Assembly: GCA_004431415.1 (NCBI GenBank)
Contig: QPMI01000409.1
Location: 186,001-250,000, forward strand
From: Cyanophora paradoxa CCMP329
Taxonomy: Eukaryota; Plantae; Glaucophyta
Direction of reading: 5' to 3'
DNA: 64,000 bases
Made by a program: the position numbers and the translations under genes. The notes under the pieces were generated by a model. The model was not told the DNA's origin. It saw only the letters and a program-made list of their open reading frames with translations, and did no database searches. Shown here in pieces: positions 45,590-57,819 of this stretch (position 1 is its first letter; each line of letters starts with the position of its first letter).

Positions 45590-46560
45590 CCATTATAGGC
45601 GTAGCGGACCGGGGAAAGACCGAAAGCATCAGTCGTTTACGGGCTCGTGAATCGTGATCAGTCTCGGATGTAGCGCCGCAGCGGCCGGCGCCGGCGCGCC
45701 GGGGCCACCGCATACGTAGTGTGCTTGAACTTCAAGTTTGCGAACTCTGGAAGTTGCTTGAATGTGCGAGCCTCGGATCCGGAAGTTGCCAGGCCCGGCG
45801 GCCGATCCCGGGGGGTCCGAGGCCAGGCCCACACAGTAATTGCAATCCGATGATCATGATCCGCGCAAGGTTCAACGGTTCCAAACTTGCAAGTTGAAAA
45901 TCCGATGATCATGATCAGGGGGTTCCGTTGAACTCGGAAGTCACTGAGTCGATGAACGTCACGTCGACGTCGACGTCGGACCTGACGGTCGGGGCGGGGC
46001 GGGGCCTCACACTGTGACAGTCCTAGTGCTTTAAATTTACCAAGCCTCGAAGTTTGCTATGCCATGATGGCCAGCAGGCTGCAGCTGGCCCTGCAGCGGC
46101 CGCCGGGCGGCACGCAGTGTGATGAATCTTTAATTGCAAAAGCCGCTGAGCTGTCTGATCATCGGATGGCCCTGGTCCGATGGCCCAAGACCTTGCAAAT
46201 TAAATACCGTGCGAGGCTCGGAGCCTTGTAAGTGTGGGAAGGGGAAGGTACAGAAGCCCCGCGGGCCCGGCCCCTCGCGATCGTGACCATGGCCGGCGCC
46301 ATGGCCATGGCATGGGCTGCGTGGCCACGTGCACATATGCATGGCGCCGGCCGGCAAGGCAAGCCTTGAAGCCCGAAGCTTAAGTTTCTTGCGAGTCGAT
46401 ATACTTGAGTGCGAGATTTCCGAGTTCGTAGCTGTACATGTACACGTCCCATCTGCAGATCTAGAGTGTCACAGTTCATTGCACTGCGGCAACTGGTAAT
46501 TGTAACTGACAAATTAAACGTGTCGAGAATTTACGAATCGAATATTCGCGCGCACAAGTC
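45590..46560. repeat. Second palindrome-rich intergenic island
   Basis: acgtcgacgtcgacgt at 45961-45976, aacttgcaagtt, gccatggccatggc, tgtacatgtaca; aatccgatgatcatgatc duplicated at 45844 and 45899. Confidence 0.75.
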
Positions 46561-46586
46561 ACTGCTGCTGGCCCTGTGGCCACAGG

Positions 46587-46709
46587 CTACGCCGCGGCCT
46601 CCACATCCCCCGCGGGGGCCTCCAGGGGGGCGCCGTACACGCGCCGCCCCGCGCTCCCCTCCACCGCCGCGCACAACCTCCGCTTCCCACTCGCACTCGC
46701 ATTCGGCCC

Positions 46710-46754
<45 letters not shown>

Positions 46755-49700
46755 CTTGGCCTTCCCGCGGCGCTGCCTCGCCGGCACGGGGACGGGGGCC
46801 CCCTGCCGCGGCGCAGGCTGCGGCTGAGAGGGGGCGACGGTGCGGGCTCTTGCAGGCGGGGGCGGGGGCGGACCTCGCGGGGCCCGCCGGCCGCGGGCTC
46901 GAGCTCGGGGCCCTCCTCGTCCCCGTACCCCTCCGGGGCCCCCGCCTCCAGCTCGTCCGACGTGCACGCGATCTGAGGGGAGGATCCGGAGGTCAGGAGC
47001 GTAAGGGGTACAGGCGATCTGGAGCTGCTGGGGGGTACCGCACCTCGAGGGAGGCGAGGGAGGCGACGAGGTCGTAGAGGGAGGGAGGGGGCGGGGCGGC
47101 GGCCCCCGCCTTCCCGCCCTGCGGCCCCCGCCTCGCCTCAGAGGGCTGGTTTGCGGGGGCGGGGCGGGGCGGGGCGGGGGGGGGAATGGCCGGCCTTGCG
47201 TGCGCCGGGGCCGGGGCCGTAGTCGGGACCTCGGCGGGGGCGAGCGCCGCCGCCGCCGCCCGCCGCGCCCCCTCCGCCGCGGCGATCTGAGCCCTCTCAG
47301 AGGATGGGGGGGGGGGAGGAGTGTGGGGGTACAGGGCGCGGGCACCTCGCGGGTGCCCTCGCGGAGCTCGCCCTGGAGGCGCGCCTGCTCGCCGGGGGAG
47401 GGGGCGGGGAGGGCCCCCGCCCGGCCCCCGCCGTACCCCGCCAGCCGCATCCGGAACGCCGGCCGGTGCGCCCGCGACTGCCCCGGCCGAGCGGAGAGGG
47501 CTCAGAGGGGGGAGGGGTGGGGGTTGGCGGGGGCGCGGACGGTCTCGACGGAGAGGGCGACGGTGACGCGGTCGAGGACGCGGAAGGTGTGCCCCGGGCC
47601 GCCCGCCGGCGTCGCCGTCAGCTCGCCCGCCGCCTCGTCGAAGGCGAGGGCGCAGGGGCGGCCCGCGATCGCCCCCTCCGCCCCCTCCTCCGGCACCGGC
47701 AGCGTCGCCCTGGCCGCGCCCCCGCGCTCCTCGTCAGCGGGGCCCCCGCTCGGAGAACGAGCAGAGGCGGCAGAGGCCTCGAGCCGAGCGAGGTCGCCGG
47801 CCGCCCTCGAGGGGGGCGAGGGGAGGGCGGGTGGGCCCCCGGGGGCCCCGGGCGGGGGCGGGGGCGCACCGACCCTCCTTGTCCGCGAGGTAGACGGGGC
47901 CCTTGAGCTGCCGCCCCGCCCCGCCCTCGGCCCCCCGCACGGCGGGGGCGGGCGCGGGGCGGGGCGGGGCACCTGGTAGCGGGGGACGAAGACGAGGAGG
48001 GCGCGCCGGCGCACGGCGAAGACCACCGCCTCCTGCCGCTCCCCGCCCTGCCAAGGGGCTGTGAGGGGGCGGGGCGGGGCGGGGCGAGGGGGCGAACGGG
48101 GGGGGCGCGGGAGGCGAGGAAGGCGGCGAGGAAGAGCTCCGTGCCCTCCTTCTGCACTTGCTGCGCCCCCGCGTCACCGGGCGGGGCGGGCGTGGAGGCG
48201 GGGGCGGGCTGGAGGTGGGACCTTGGAGGCGCGGTTGCGGTCGTTGATGTGGCCGCAGAGCTCCGCCAGGCGCGCGCTGTCCGCCACCGGCGCCCCGCCC
48301 TGCCGCCAGGGGGCCGGGGGTGAGGAGATGCCGGGGCGGGCGGAGGAAGGGCGGGCGGGGGCGGGGGCGGGGCGGACGCGGAGGGCGGCGAAGAGGGTCC
48401 GGTGCACGAGCACGTCCGCGTAGCTGCGTCAGACCGCGGGGTAAATTCAGGCGGCGGGGGCGCGGGGGGGCGGGCGCGCCGGCGGATGGGGGAGGTGAAG
48501 TGGGTGTAGAAGCTGAGTCCTGCGGGGGAGCTCGAGGGGCTCGGGAGGGGCGGGGCCGCTGCGGGCTGTGGGGCGGACCGAGGCCGTAGTGGGCGAAGTC
48601 GGCGACGGGGCAGGCGCCCGTGCAGAAGTACGTCGCCTCCGCCATCGCCCGCGTCGCGAGCGTTCGCAGCTGCCGCCACCCCGTCAAGGGCCCGGCGTGG
48701 AGGCGCGCGGGGGCCGGCGGGGCGGAGCGGGCGCACGAGGGTGGCGACGGGGTTGTGCTCGCCGGGGCCAGCCGCCGCCACCGCTGCCTGCGCCGCCCGC
48801 GTCGGCGGGCGGGGCGGGCGGGGCGGGGCGGGTGGGCGGGGGCCTGGAGGGAGCGCTGGAGGGCGGCGTTGCTCGAGGCGTCCACCTCGACGCCCAGCGG
48901 GCCGGCCACCGCCCGCAGCGCCCCGAAGGCCCCCTCCCCCTGCCCCCAGCGGGTCACGCGCAGCGCGCGAGCGGGCGGGGCGGGCGAGGGGCGGGCCTTG
49001 GGGATGGGGTGGTGCCGCAGCAGCGCAGCCTGCCGGGGCGACGGGCGCGGGGTCAGCGGAGGCGGGGGCCGGGCGGGCTTGCGAGCTCGGGGGGCACGGT
49101 TGCACCTGGGGGAAGGCGGCCCAGATGCGCTCCGCCACCGCCGCGTTCGCCGCGATCTGCCAACCCGGCACGCCCCTCAGCCAGCGGCCGCGGGGCGGGC
49201 GGGGCGGGGCGGGGCGGGGCCGGGGCGGGCCATGAGCTCGGCGACGACGCGGTTGACCTCCATGTCCCGCTTCACGACGGCCTCCGTCGGCCGCTCCCCC
49301 GCCAGCGTGAACCGCATCTCCCCGCCTGCCCCAGCGGCGGTGAGGGCCAGGGCGGGGGGCCGGGGGCGGGGGGGCGGACCCTCGAGCTCGAGGGCGCCGG
49401 CCTCCTGCCGCCGCCGCCGCAGCACCTGTGCCCCCGCCGGCCCCTGAGCACAAGCGCTGCCGCGGCCGCCCCGGCGCGCTTCTGCGCGCGCACCGCCGCG
49501 ATGGCCGCGAGCCGCCGCACGTCCACCCGCACCTGGGGCACCCGAGGGGCGGGGGGCGGTGAGGGGAGGGGCGGGGGGCTCGCTGGAGGGGCGGGCGGGC
49601 GGGCCTGCTCGGCCCAGCCGGGCTCCTCGAGGCCGGGCGGCGGGCGCCGCCGGGCCCGCCCCCGCCGGCCCAGCGCCGCAGCTCGACGGCCTTGCCCTCC

Positions 49701-52700
49701 AGCAGGTCCTGCCGCCCCCGCCCCTCAGAGCCGCCCCCTCGCGCCCTCGAGGCGCCGGTGAGCCTGCGTGCGTGCGGGCCTGGGCCTGCTGGTAGGCGAG
49801 CTCGTTGGAGGAGCGGATGACCGTGCGCCCGAACCACACCGAGAGCTGCCCGCCCGCCCCCTCAGCGCGCGCCGCGCCGAGGCAGAGGGGCGGCGCGCAC
49901 GACGCGGCACTCGGGCGGGGGCGTCATCTCCCACATCACGCTCACTGCGCACGCGCGGGGCGGCGCGGGGCGGGGCGGCCTCAGAGGGGCGGGCGGGGCG
50001 GGGGCCGGGCAGGGGAGCGGGGGCGGGCGGGGCCACCGGCGAGGCGGTCGACGCCGCCGCGGAGGGAGATGAGGCGCTCGCTCAGCACTTCGGGGAGCAT
50101 GTCTACCCCCCCGCCCCGCCCCGCTCAGCGAGCGCGGAGGCTTCCCGCCGGCTGCCGGCGCACTGAGGCGGCGGTCGACGAGGTAGACGGTCGTCGCCCG
50201 GCTCCGCGCCTCGCTGCCCGCCCGCCCCCTCAGACCCGCGCCCCGCGCGAGGCGGGGGCGGGGGGGCGCGCCTGTCGAGGAGGCCCCCGGCGGGGACGAA
50301 CGCGTCCACGTCCGCGATGTCTTCGCCCGATGCAAGAAAGAGCATGGAAAGGAGAGGGGCGAGCGGGGCGCGGGGCGCGGGGCGGCAAGGATACGGACGC
50401 CGAGCTCGAGGCGGCCGCCCGGCAGCTCGTGCACCGACAGCGCGTCGTCGATGTCTTGCCTGCACGGCGGAGAGGCGTCGGGCGTGCAGGGCGCCTCGGA
50501 GCGGTGGAGTGGGGGGGTACGGGGCGCACGAGCCCGGGGGGTCGATGGAGAAGACGCGGCGCGAGGCGCGCAGGTCCCGCCGCCGCGCCACCTCCTCGGG
50601 GGGCACCGTCCAGTCCTGCCGCCCAGCTCGGCAGGGGAGGGGAGGGGGGGGGAGAGAAAGGGGGGAAGGCGGCGGGCCTCGGGCGGCAGGAGGGCGAGGG
50701 CGGCGGGCCCGAAGGGAGCCCCCTCCACCCCGTTCTCCACCAGCAGCGCCTGCCGGGGTACTCGCACCTTCAAAAAGAGGAGGGAGTGGCAGAGCGGGGG
50801 GTACCGCGGTCTCGGTGTCGAGGGCGCCGAGGGGCCCGAGGTCGCGAACGTAGTGGCCGGAGGGGTACACGGACGTGGCGTCCCACCCGTCCACGCGCAC
50901 AACGAACCGGTTTCCCGCGAGGCGCGCCCCCTGCCGCGTCCGGATCCGGATCTGCAGCGGTGCCGCCTGAGCGAACAAAGAAGAGAACAAAGACAAAAAG
51001 ACGCCCGCCTTGGGGACGCGGGGGTCGAGGGGTACGGCGAGGAGCGCCTCGGTGCCGCCGGCCCCGCCGCCCTTCGCCGCGCGCTCCGCGTCCTCCGCCT
51101 GCCCCCCCGCCGTCAGCCGGCCGGCCTGGTCTAGACAGGCGGCCGGTGCCCGCGGATAAGGAGAGGTGACTGCAGCCGTGCTGAGCCTCAAACACCCTAA
51201 GTGAAATGAAGGCGCCACCTGCATCCCCCTACATCTGGACCTGGACGGGGCGGACCTGGAGGCAGGCGGCGTAGGCGCGGTCGGCGCGCTGGAGGACGCC
51301 CACCACGCGCCCCGCCGGCGCCCCCCGGCCCCGCCTCCGCCCCTCCCCCGCCCCCGCCCCCGCCCCCGCGCCTCCTCCCCGGCCCCCTCCTCCGCCTGCC
51401 GCCGCGGGTCGATGCCGGCGCCGGCCCCTCGCAGGCGGGCAGCGTGCAGCGAGGGCCGGCGGGGGCGGGCGGGCGGGGGCACCTCGACGGGGCGGCCTCG
51501 TAGAGGTCGTCGTCGGCGGGGCCGGCCTGGGGGGCGCCCCACTCGCTCTCCGGCAGCAGCTCCACCGCCACCACGTCCCTGCGGGCGGGCGGAGGCGAGG
51601 TGAGGGGTAGGCAGGGGCGGGGCGGGGCGGGGCGGGGCACCCGTGGAGGGCGCGGTTGCGGGCAAGCTCGCCACGCACGAGCACCTCCTCGCCCTCCCGC
51701 AGGCCCGCCGCCCCCCACGCCGGGCCCGCCCCCCGCACGCTCGCCTCCTGCCGCGGGTGAGGGAGGGGCGGGGGCCGGGGCGGGGGCGGGGGCGCGGACG
51801 GAGCGGGGCCGGCGGCGGGAGACGGCGAGGACGCCGCGCAGGAGGGCCCCGGACTCCACCGCCTCCTCCAGCGCCCCGGCCGCCCAGTGCTGCCGCCAGG
51901 CTTCACGAGGCATGGATGGCGATGCGAGGGGGGTGGAAGAGGGGGGAGAAGGACCTCGGGGTACGCCCCACCCGAGGCGGGGAGGGCCCCCGCGGCAGCG
52001 GCGCCGGCGCGGCGCCCCTCGCCGCCGCCCCTCGCCTCGGCCTCCCGCCGCTCGGCGATCGCGGCGCTGGGGCGGGGGCCCCGTCAGCGCCGCGTGGCGC
52101 GCGCCGGCAGGGGGAAGCCCCTGCCCCTGCCCCCCGCACCTGACCGAGTCGTAGAGGTCGAGGACCGCCGCGCTCGAGCCGTGGTACCTGGGTACCGGCC
52201 TCAGGGGAGCGGAGGGGGAGGTGCGGGAGGGGGTACCGGGCGAAGAACTCGCGGGAGGAGAGGACCTCGACGCCGGGGCAGGCGTCGCCCTCCGCCGCCG
52301 CCGCCGCGAACGAGTCCGCTGCGCGCGCGTGAGGGGCCGGCGGGCGGCGGCTCGGGGCCGGCCGCGGGGCGGGGCGGGGCGGCACCGTCGTCGGAGACGA
52401 TGACGAGCGGCACGCGCCGCGCGATGTGCGCGCTGTACCACCGCGCCGCCTCGAAGACGCCTGCGCCGCGCTCGGCCGGCCGCCCCGGGCCGGCGTCGCA
52501 AGCGCGCGTGTGCGCACTGCGGGCGTGGTGGAGAGCGGCGGGCTCGGCGGGCCGCCGCGGGACGTGCGTCGCCCGCAGGTGCTCGTTGTGGAAGAGGTGG
52601 CACCGCCGCCGCTGGTCCCGCAGCAGCGCCCTGCGCGCCCCTCGCGCCGGGCGGGGGCGGGGCGGGGCGGGGCGGCCGCGGCGCACCGGAGGTGGTTGCG

Positions 52701-53152
52701 CGTGCGCTGCTCGCCCGTGCGCTGCACCTGCGCGGCGCGCGTCTCAGGCGGCGTCGCTTGCGCTGGCCGGCGTCGGGGCTCGAGGGCAGGAGGCTCGAGG
52801 GCGCGGGGCGCGGGCCTCCTGGACGACGGACTGGAGGAAGAGGACGTCCTCGACGTCGGGGAGCTCGAAGAGCTCCAGGAAGTCCTCCGCGACGCGCCCG
52901 TCGGGCACCGCGTAGCGCTCCGCGCGCCCCAGCCGCGGCACCTCCAGGTTCTTGCAGCCGCCGCCGCAGGCCGCGCTGCGAGCTGCGGGCTCAGCGCGAC
53001 CCGCGTGCGGGCGACGCGTGCGCGGCGGCGGCGCGCCTCTCGCAGGCGATGTCGTCGCGCAGGTACAGCTCCTTGATGACCCGGTACACCTGCACGCCGC
53101 GGTTGGAGCGCCTGTCCGCGATCCGCGTCGGCGCTTGGCTGATCGCCGACAT
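46587..53152 (-). CDS. DIS3L: DIS3-like exonuclease 1 (PIN-like + RNB domains), multi-exon
   Basis: ELYLRDDIAC; YAVPDGRVAEDFLELFE; RNRALHG/DVVAV; VPLDPRVPK/IRIRT; FSIDPPG/QDIDDALS; HIADV; TTVYLVDR; HYGL/LSFYTHFTSPIRR/YADVLVHR. Confidence 0.92.
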
Positions 53153-53377
53153 CGCGGCCGCGGCGCTGCTGCTGGCACGACAAGCCGCCCCCGCGCGCCC
53201 GATCTGAACGAAGATTACGTGAACCCCCCCTGTCCCCCACTGGGCCCCACAAGCCTGCCGGCAGGCGGTCCGTCTCTGTCGCATCAACAAAGCTACGCAC
53301 GCAGCTATCAGTCCGAGCCGTCCGCGTGCAGTCCACTGGCGCCTCAAGCGCGATCGGTTGCGTGGCGGGAATTGGAC

Positions 53378-54126
53378 ATGAATTCGGAACTCGATGATCA
53401 GGAGGCCGCGCACATTTCGGTTCGACGCGGGCCATGCGTGTGAGCGCTTTGCAATGTATCTGACGGCCTCTCCGCGTACGCAGGCCGAGCAGCTCTCTCG
53501 GGCGGAGCTGGAGGAGGTCCGAGCCGACTTCGAGGCCATCGTCCGCGAGATAGACGGGCCGGAGGTACGAGTCGAGTGGCACAGCAGAATGAAGCCCACA
53601 GTTGTCTTGTGCGCCGGGTTCTGGGCCGCTCGAACCATCCTAGCTAACCGCCTAGCCGCGGCAGCCCGAGGGAGAGCGCGGCGCGGGTTGACGCTGGCGC
53701 TCGGGAGCGGGCGGGTAGATGGCCGGCGGAGAGTGCGCGGTGGACAGCGTCTAGGTACCGCGAAGCGCCCGCCGCCGAGTCGGAGACCGAGGACGGTGCG
53801 CGCGCGAGCGCCGTGACCACCCGGCCCGCGCCCGCGCTCAAGGAGAGGGCGCAGGGGAGCCGGAGGCGAACAGGGCGGAGGAGGGCGAGTACGAGGACGA
53901 TGCCGACGAGTACGAGGACGCGACGCCGCCGGAGGAGGAGCTGGAGGCGGGCGGGGCGGGGGCGGCGGCGGCGGCGGAGCTGCGCGCCCGCATCGCGGAG
54001 CGCCTGCGCGAGGCCGAGGCGGCAGTGGCTGCCCGCCTGCAGCTCCTCGCCGCGCGCGGCGGTGCCGCCGGCCCCGCGCGCGACGGCGGGAGGCGGCCCG
54101 AGCGGAGGAAAGGCGGCGACCGGTAG
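53378..54126 (+). CDS. Small acidic hypothetical protein, multi-exon
   Basis: MNSELDDQE/AEQLSRAELEEVRADFEAIVREIDGPE...EYEDDADEYED...RRKGGDR stop. Confidence 0.4.
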
Positions 54127-54188
54127 CCTGTTGAAAATATACCTTCGAGGAATACACACAGCGGGGCACACACACGCTGCTCTGGCTG

Positions 54189-55588
54189 CTAGAAGAGGCC
54201 GGCAATACCGGGGTCCGAGGCGAGGCCCGGGCCGGCCGGGGGCGCCGCCTGCTGCCGCGGGGCCTGCGTTTGCGAGGCGGCGGCGGCGGCGGCGGCGGCC
54301 GGCTGCGGGGCGGGCCCGGAGGCGCCCTCCTGGAGGCGCTCGGCCTCGACGGCGGCCTGGTCGGCGACGTGCTTGCGGATCATCGCCTCCAGCGGCCCGA
54401 AGGGCAGCTGAGCGTTCAGCTCCTTCGCCACCTGCGCGCGAGCACGCGAGCTGAGGGGGAGGCGGGGCGGGCGCGCTTGTGGAGGGGGCGGCGGGCCTCG
54501 AGCCAGAGGTCGAAGAAGGGGCGCATGCGGGGGTGGAGCCAGCCGCTCCACGGCTTGTGGAACGTGAAGTGGATCACCTGCGCCAGCGTGAGCCGGTGGA
54601 GGCCGGGGGGGGGGGGGGGGGGGGAGCGGGGCGCGCCTTGATCTTGTCGGGGACCCAGAGGAAGGAGCGGTCGCACTGGGCCTCGGCCATGAAGACCGAG
54701 GGCGCCAGGTTGTAGTAGAACGGCAGGACCGTCAGCTCCCGCCCGTAGTACCGGTTCAGCAGCGCCTGCCGCGCCCCCGCTCGAGTCCGAGGCCCCGGGC
54801 TCGAGGCGCGGGGCGCACCTGGTCGTAGGTGCCGATGTGCGTGGCGCGGCGGGACATGCTCTTCTCGAAGAAGTGGAGGGACCAGGACTGGGCGAGCGGC
54901 ACGTACTCGGCGCGGTCGCGGTCCCAGGCGCGCGCCTCCCGCGCCATGGCGGCGAAGTCCTCCCGCGAGGGCCGCAGCACGAAGAGGTCCCCGTTCACAG
55001 ACGTCCCCAGCATGCTGCGCCCCCCGCCCCCCGCCTCAGCCGCCCCGCGCGCGCAAGCTCGAAGCTCAGCGGCCCCGCCGCGCGCGCGCGCCTCGTCTCC
55101 CAGAGGAACATGTCGTAGGGGGCGCAGGGCGGGCGGCACGCGAAAAGCTCCTCGATCGGGCGCATGACGATCTGGTCCGCGCCGATGTACACGAGCTTCT
55201 CGTACTCGGTGAGCTCCCACGCGCGGAGCTTGGTGAAGTAGTGCGTCGAGTTCGCGCCGCACGTCTTGCAGGGCACGGGGGCCACGTCGACGATGCGGTT
55301 GTACACCCGCGAGAGCACCGCCCTCTCCTCCTGGCTCACGTCCGCCGTAACCAGCACGATCATCTCGTAGGCCGTCCCGAGGCGCCGGATCGAGTAGCCC
55401 ATGACTAGCGCGCCCACGACGTAGTTTTCTCCCGTCGCGAAAGTGACGTACGCGCCCTTTCCGGGCGGCGTGTGCTCGCCGCCGTACTGGGCGGAGCAGG
55501 TCGAGAGGAAGAAGCCCAGGGCGAGCACGCGGAGGGCCAGGGCCACCGCCCCTCCGCTGCCCACGCCTAGCTGCGCTCCTCGGCCCAT
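54189..55588 (-). CDS. Glycosyltransferase family 8 paralog with signal/anchor peptide
   Basis: AYVTFATGENYVVGALVMGYSIR; FTKLRAWELTEYEKLVYIGAD; VNGDLFVLRPS; GTYDQ/ALLN; LPFYYN; VIHFTFHKPW. Confidence 0.9.
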
Positions 55589-55700
55589 CGGGGACGCCTA
55601 GCTAGCGCTACGGGTTTCTTTGGCAGAGCTGGAGTTGCGCCGTACCCCCCGCATCGTGGTTGGCCGAAAGAGCAGCCGCAGCGCACGAGGTTGCGCCGAC

Positions 55701-56047
55701 ATGGCCGGGATAGCGGCCGCGGACCGCGTGGCAGAGCAGGCGGGCGCAAGTTTAGCCGAGCGCCTGCGTGCGCGGCGGTGGGAGGAGCGGGAACGTTTGG
55801 AGGAAGAGGAGGAGGAGGAAGAAGATGAGATGGACTGGTGGGAGTACCTGATGTCGAGGCAGACCGGTGCGCCAGCGCTTCGCCGCCGCGGCGCATGTGT
55901 GCATTGCGACATCCGCTGACACGGAGCGCAGCCATCATGGCGGTCTGCACCATCCTCGGCAAGATGATCAGCCCGCGCATCGCGCGGTGGCTCACGCCGA
56001 AGGTCGTCGCATGGTATCTTAAACGCTATCCGAACGCGGCGAGCTGA
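55701..56047 (+). CDS. Small two-exon protein with an acidic tract followed by a hydrophobic/amphipathic helix
   Basis: MAGIAAAD...EEEEEDEMDWWEYLMSRQT/AIMAVCTILGKMISPRIARWL...; GT-AG intron with ctgac branch point. Confidence 0.55.
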
Positions 56048-56478
56048 CGCGGCGGCAACAGCGCCCCCGAGTGCGTGCGATGTGTTTCCCCAGCGAGCAT
56101 TTCGAGGCTCGCCCAGTCTCGCTGACCGCGCGGCAGCGGCGACCTGCGCGTCACGGCAGGCCGCTTTGACCCGGCCCCGGCCACCGCTTAGCTACGCGGG
56201 GCGGGACCCTTTCTTCTCTCAGTAAATGAGCTCTAGTTTTTAGTGCAGAGAATAGTTATCAACAGGACACCGCGCCCTCTGAGCAGCAGCAGCAGCAGCA
56301 GGGAAGCGCAGGCAGCAGGGCGGCGCATGGGCGGAATCCGGGGCCCCGGGGGGAGCTGATAGCTGCCTCACGTGCACGCTGCCCATTTCCGCCTCTGCAT
56401 GGCGTTGAAGATCTATGCCAACATCGACCACGAGTCATCATGGCATCGTCCCTTCCTCCCCTCCATTCGAATTCGATA

Positions 56479-57785
56479 TCAAGCCGGGGGAGGCAGGGCG
56501 GGGGGCGCGGCGGGCGGGGGCCCCTCCTCCCCGCTGCTGTTCCCGGCGAAGGGGTCCGGCTCGCCCCGGAACAGAGCAAGCTCCCCGTACAGCTTCTTCA
56601 CCTCCCCGATCAGCGGCCGCAGCACGAAGGTACCCCCCTTTGGCTCCACGGGGTACCGCTGCGGGGCGGCATCAAGCAAAGCTGAGCGAGAGGAGGGCGC
56701 GGCACGGGGCGCACCTTCGATTCGTACTGGAGTTTCGTGAAGCGGACGTCCCTAAACTTGTACAGCTGCTCCTGCGGGGGCACGTGGGCTCAGAGCGGCC
56801 GGGGGTACGGGCGAGGGCGGCGTGCCTCAAGCTTCGCACGGGTCCTGAGCAGATCCCTCGCCTGTCGGTCAATCCAAGCGACCGTCTCGCAGCTCGCCGC
56901 CTGCAGCGGAGCGCTGTACATCAACGAGTAATTCTCGGAGTGAACCTAGCAGACGCTAGGGGGCACCTTCAGGATCGTCTGGCGGCCCAGCACGTCGATG
57001 GAGGCCCCCACGTAGAGGTCCCAGGGCTGCCGCCCGGGCCGGCGTCAGCCGCGGCGGCCGGCGCGGGGCGGACGGGCTGCGCGGGCGCGCCTTGAGCCGC
57101 CGCCCGTTGCGGCCGGTGATGACGATGGGGACTGGCTTCGGCGCGTCGTCCACCTTGACGCCGAAGACGCGCTGCGGATCCGAGTGTGAGAGATCGGAGG
57201 CCTTGCTTGGGGCGGGGCGGGCGGGGGGGCGCCTGGGCGGTGTGGAAGTCGATGCGCATGGTGCGCTTGGCGGCGTCCTCGGTCCACCACGACTCGAAGG
57301 CCAGGACCGCCGGCATGCGCGTCCCTTCGAAGAGCACCGTGCTCGACACGGAGCCCGACTCGCTGCCGCCCGCAGCGTCGGCGCCGGCGCCGGCGGGCCC
57401 CACGGGCTCGGGCCCGGCCCCGCACCTCGGCGCTTGCTCCAGCAGGCGCGAGGACGTCAGGAGCGCGCGCTTCAGCTCAGTCGTCGAGGTCATAATCTTC
57501 CCGTCGTTCGGGGCATCGATCTGCGGCCTGCAGGCCCCTGAGACTGGAGCCTGCTCGAGGCCGGAGGCTGCGCTGGCGCAGGCGCACCTCGCTGGGAGCT
57601 CGTAATTCTCTAGCAAGTAAGAAGTGACCCCAACAAGCGACGCCTCCGAGGTCGCGGCGGCCAGCTTCTTCAGCGTCGCCGGGCTGCGAGGGCGATTACA
57701 ATGCTGCAAGGAGCAGTGCGGGGAGTGTTCACGTTGGCGTGTTCCTCGTCGACTGCGGCCTGAAGACCAGTGACTCGCCCGCCAT
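56479..57785 (-). CDS. Hypothetical protein with a DM10-like region
   Basis: VLAFESWWTEDAAKRTMRIDFH...PWDLYVGASIDVLGRQTILK resembles the DM10 DL.VG..I.V.GR motif. Confidence 0.5.
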
Positions 57786-57819
57786 GGCCCAAGCCGGGGG
57801 GACGACTGGGTCGGATAAG

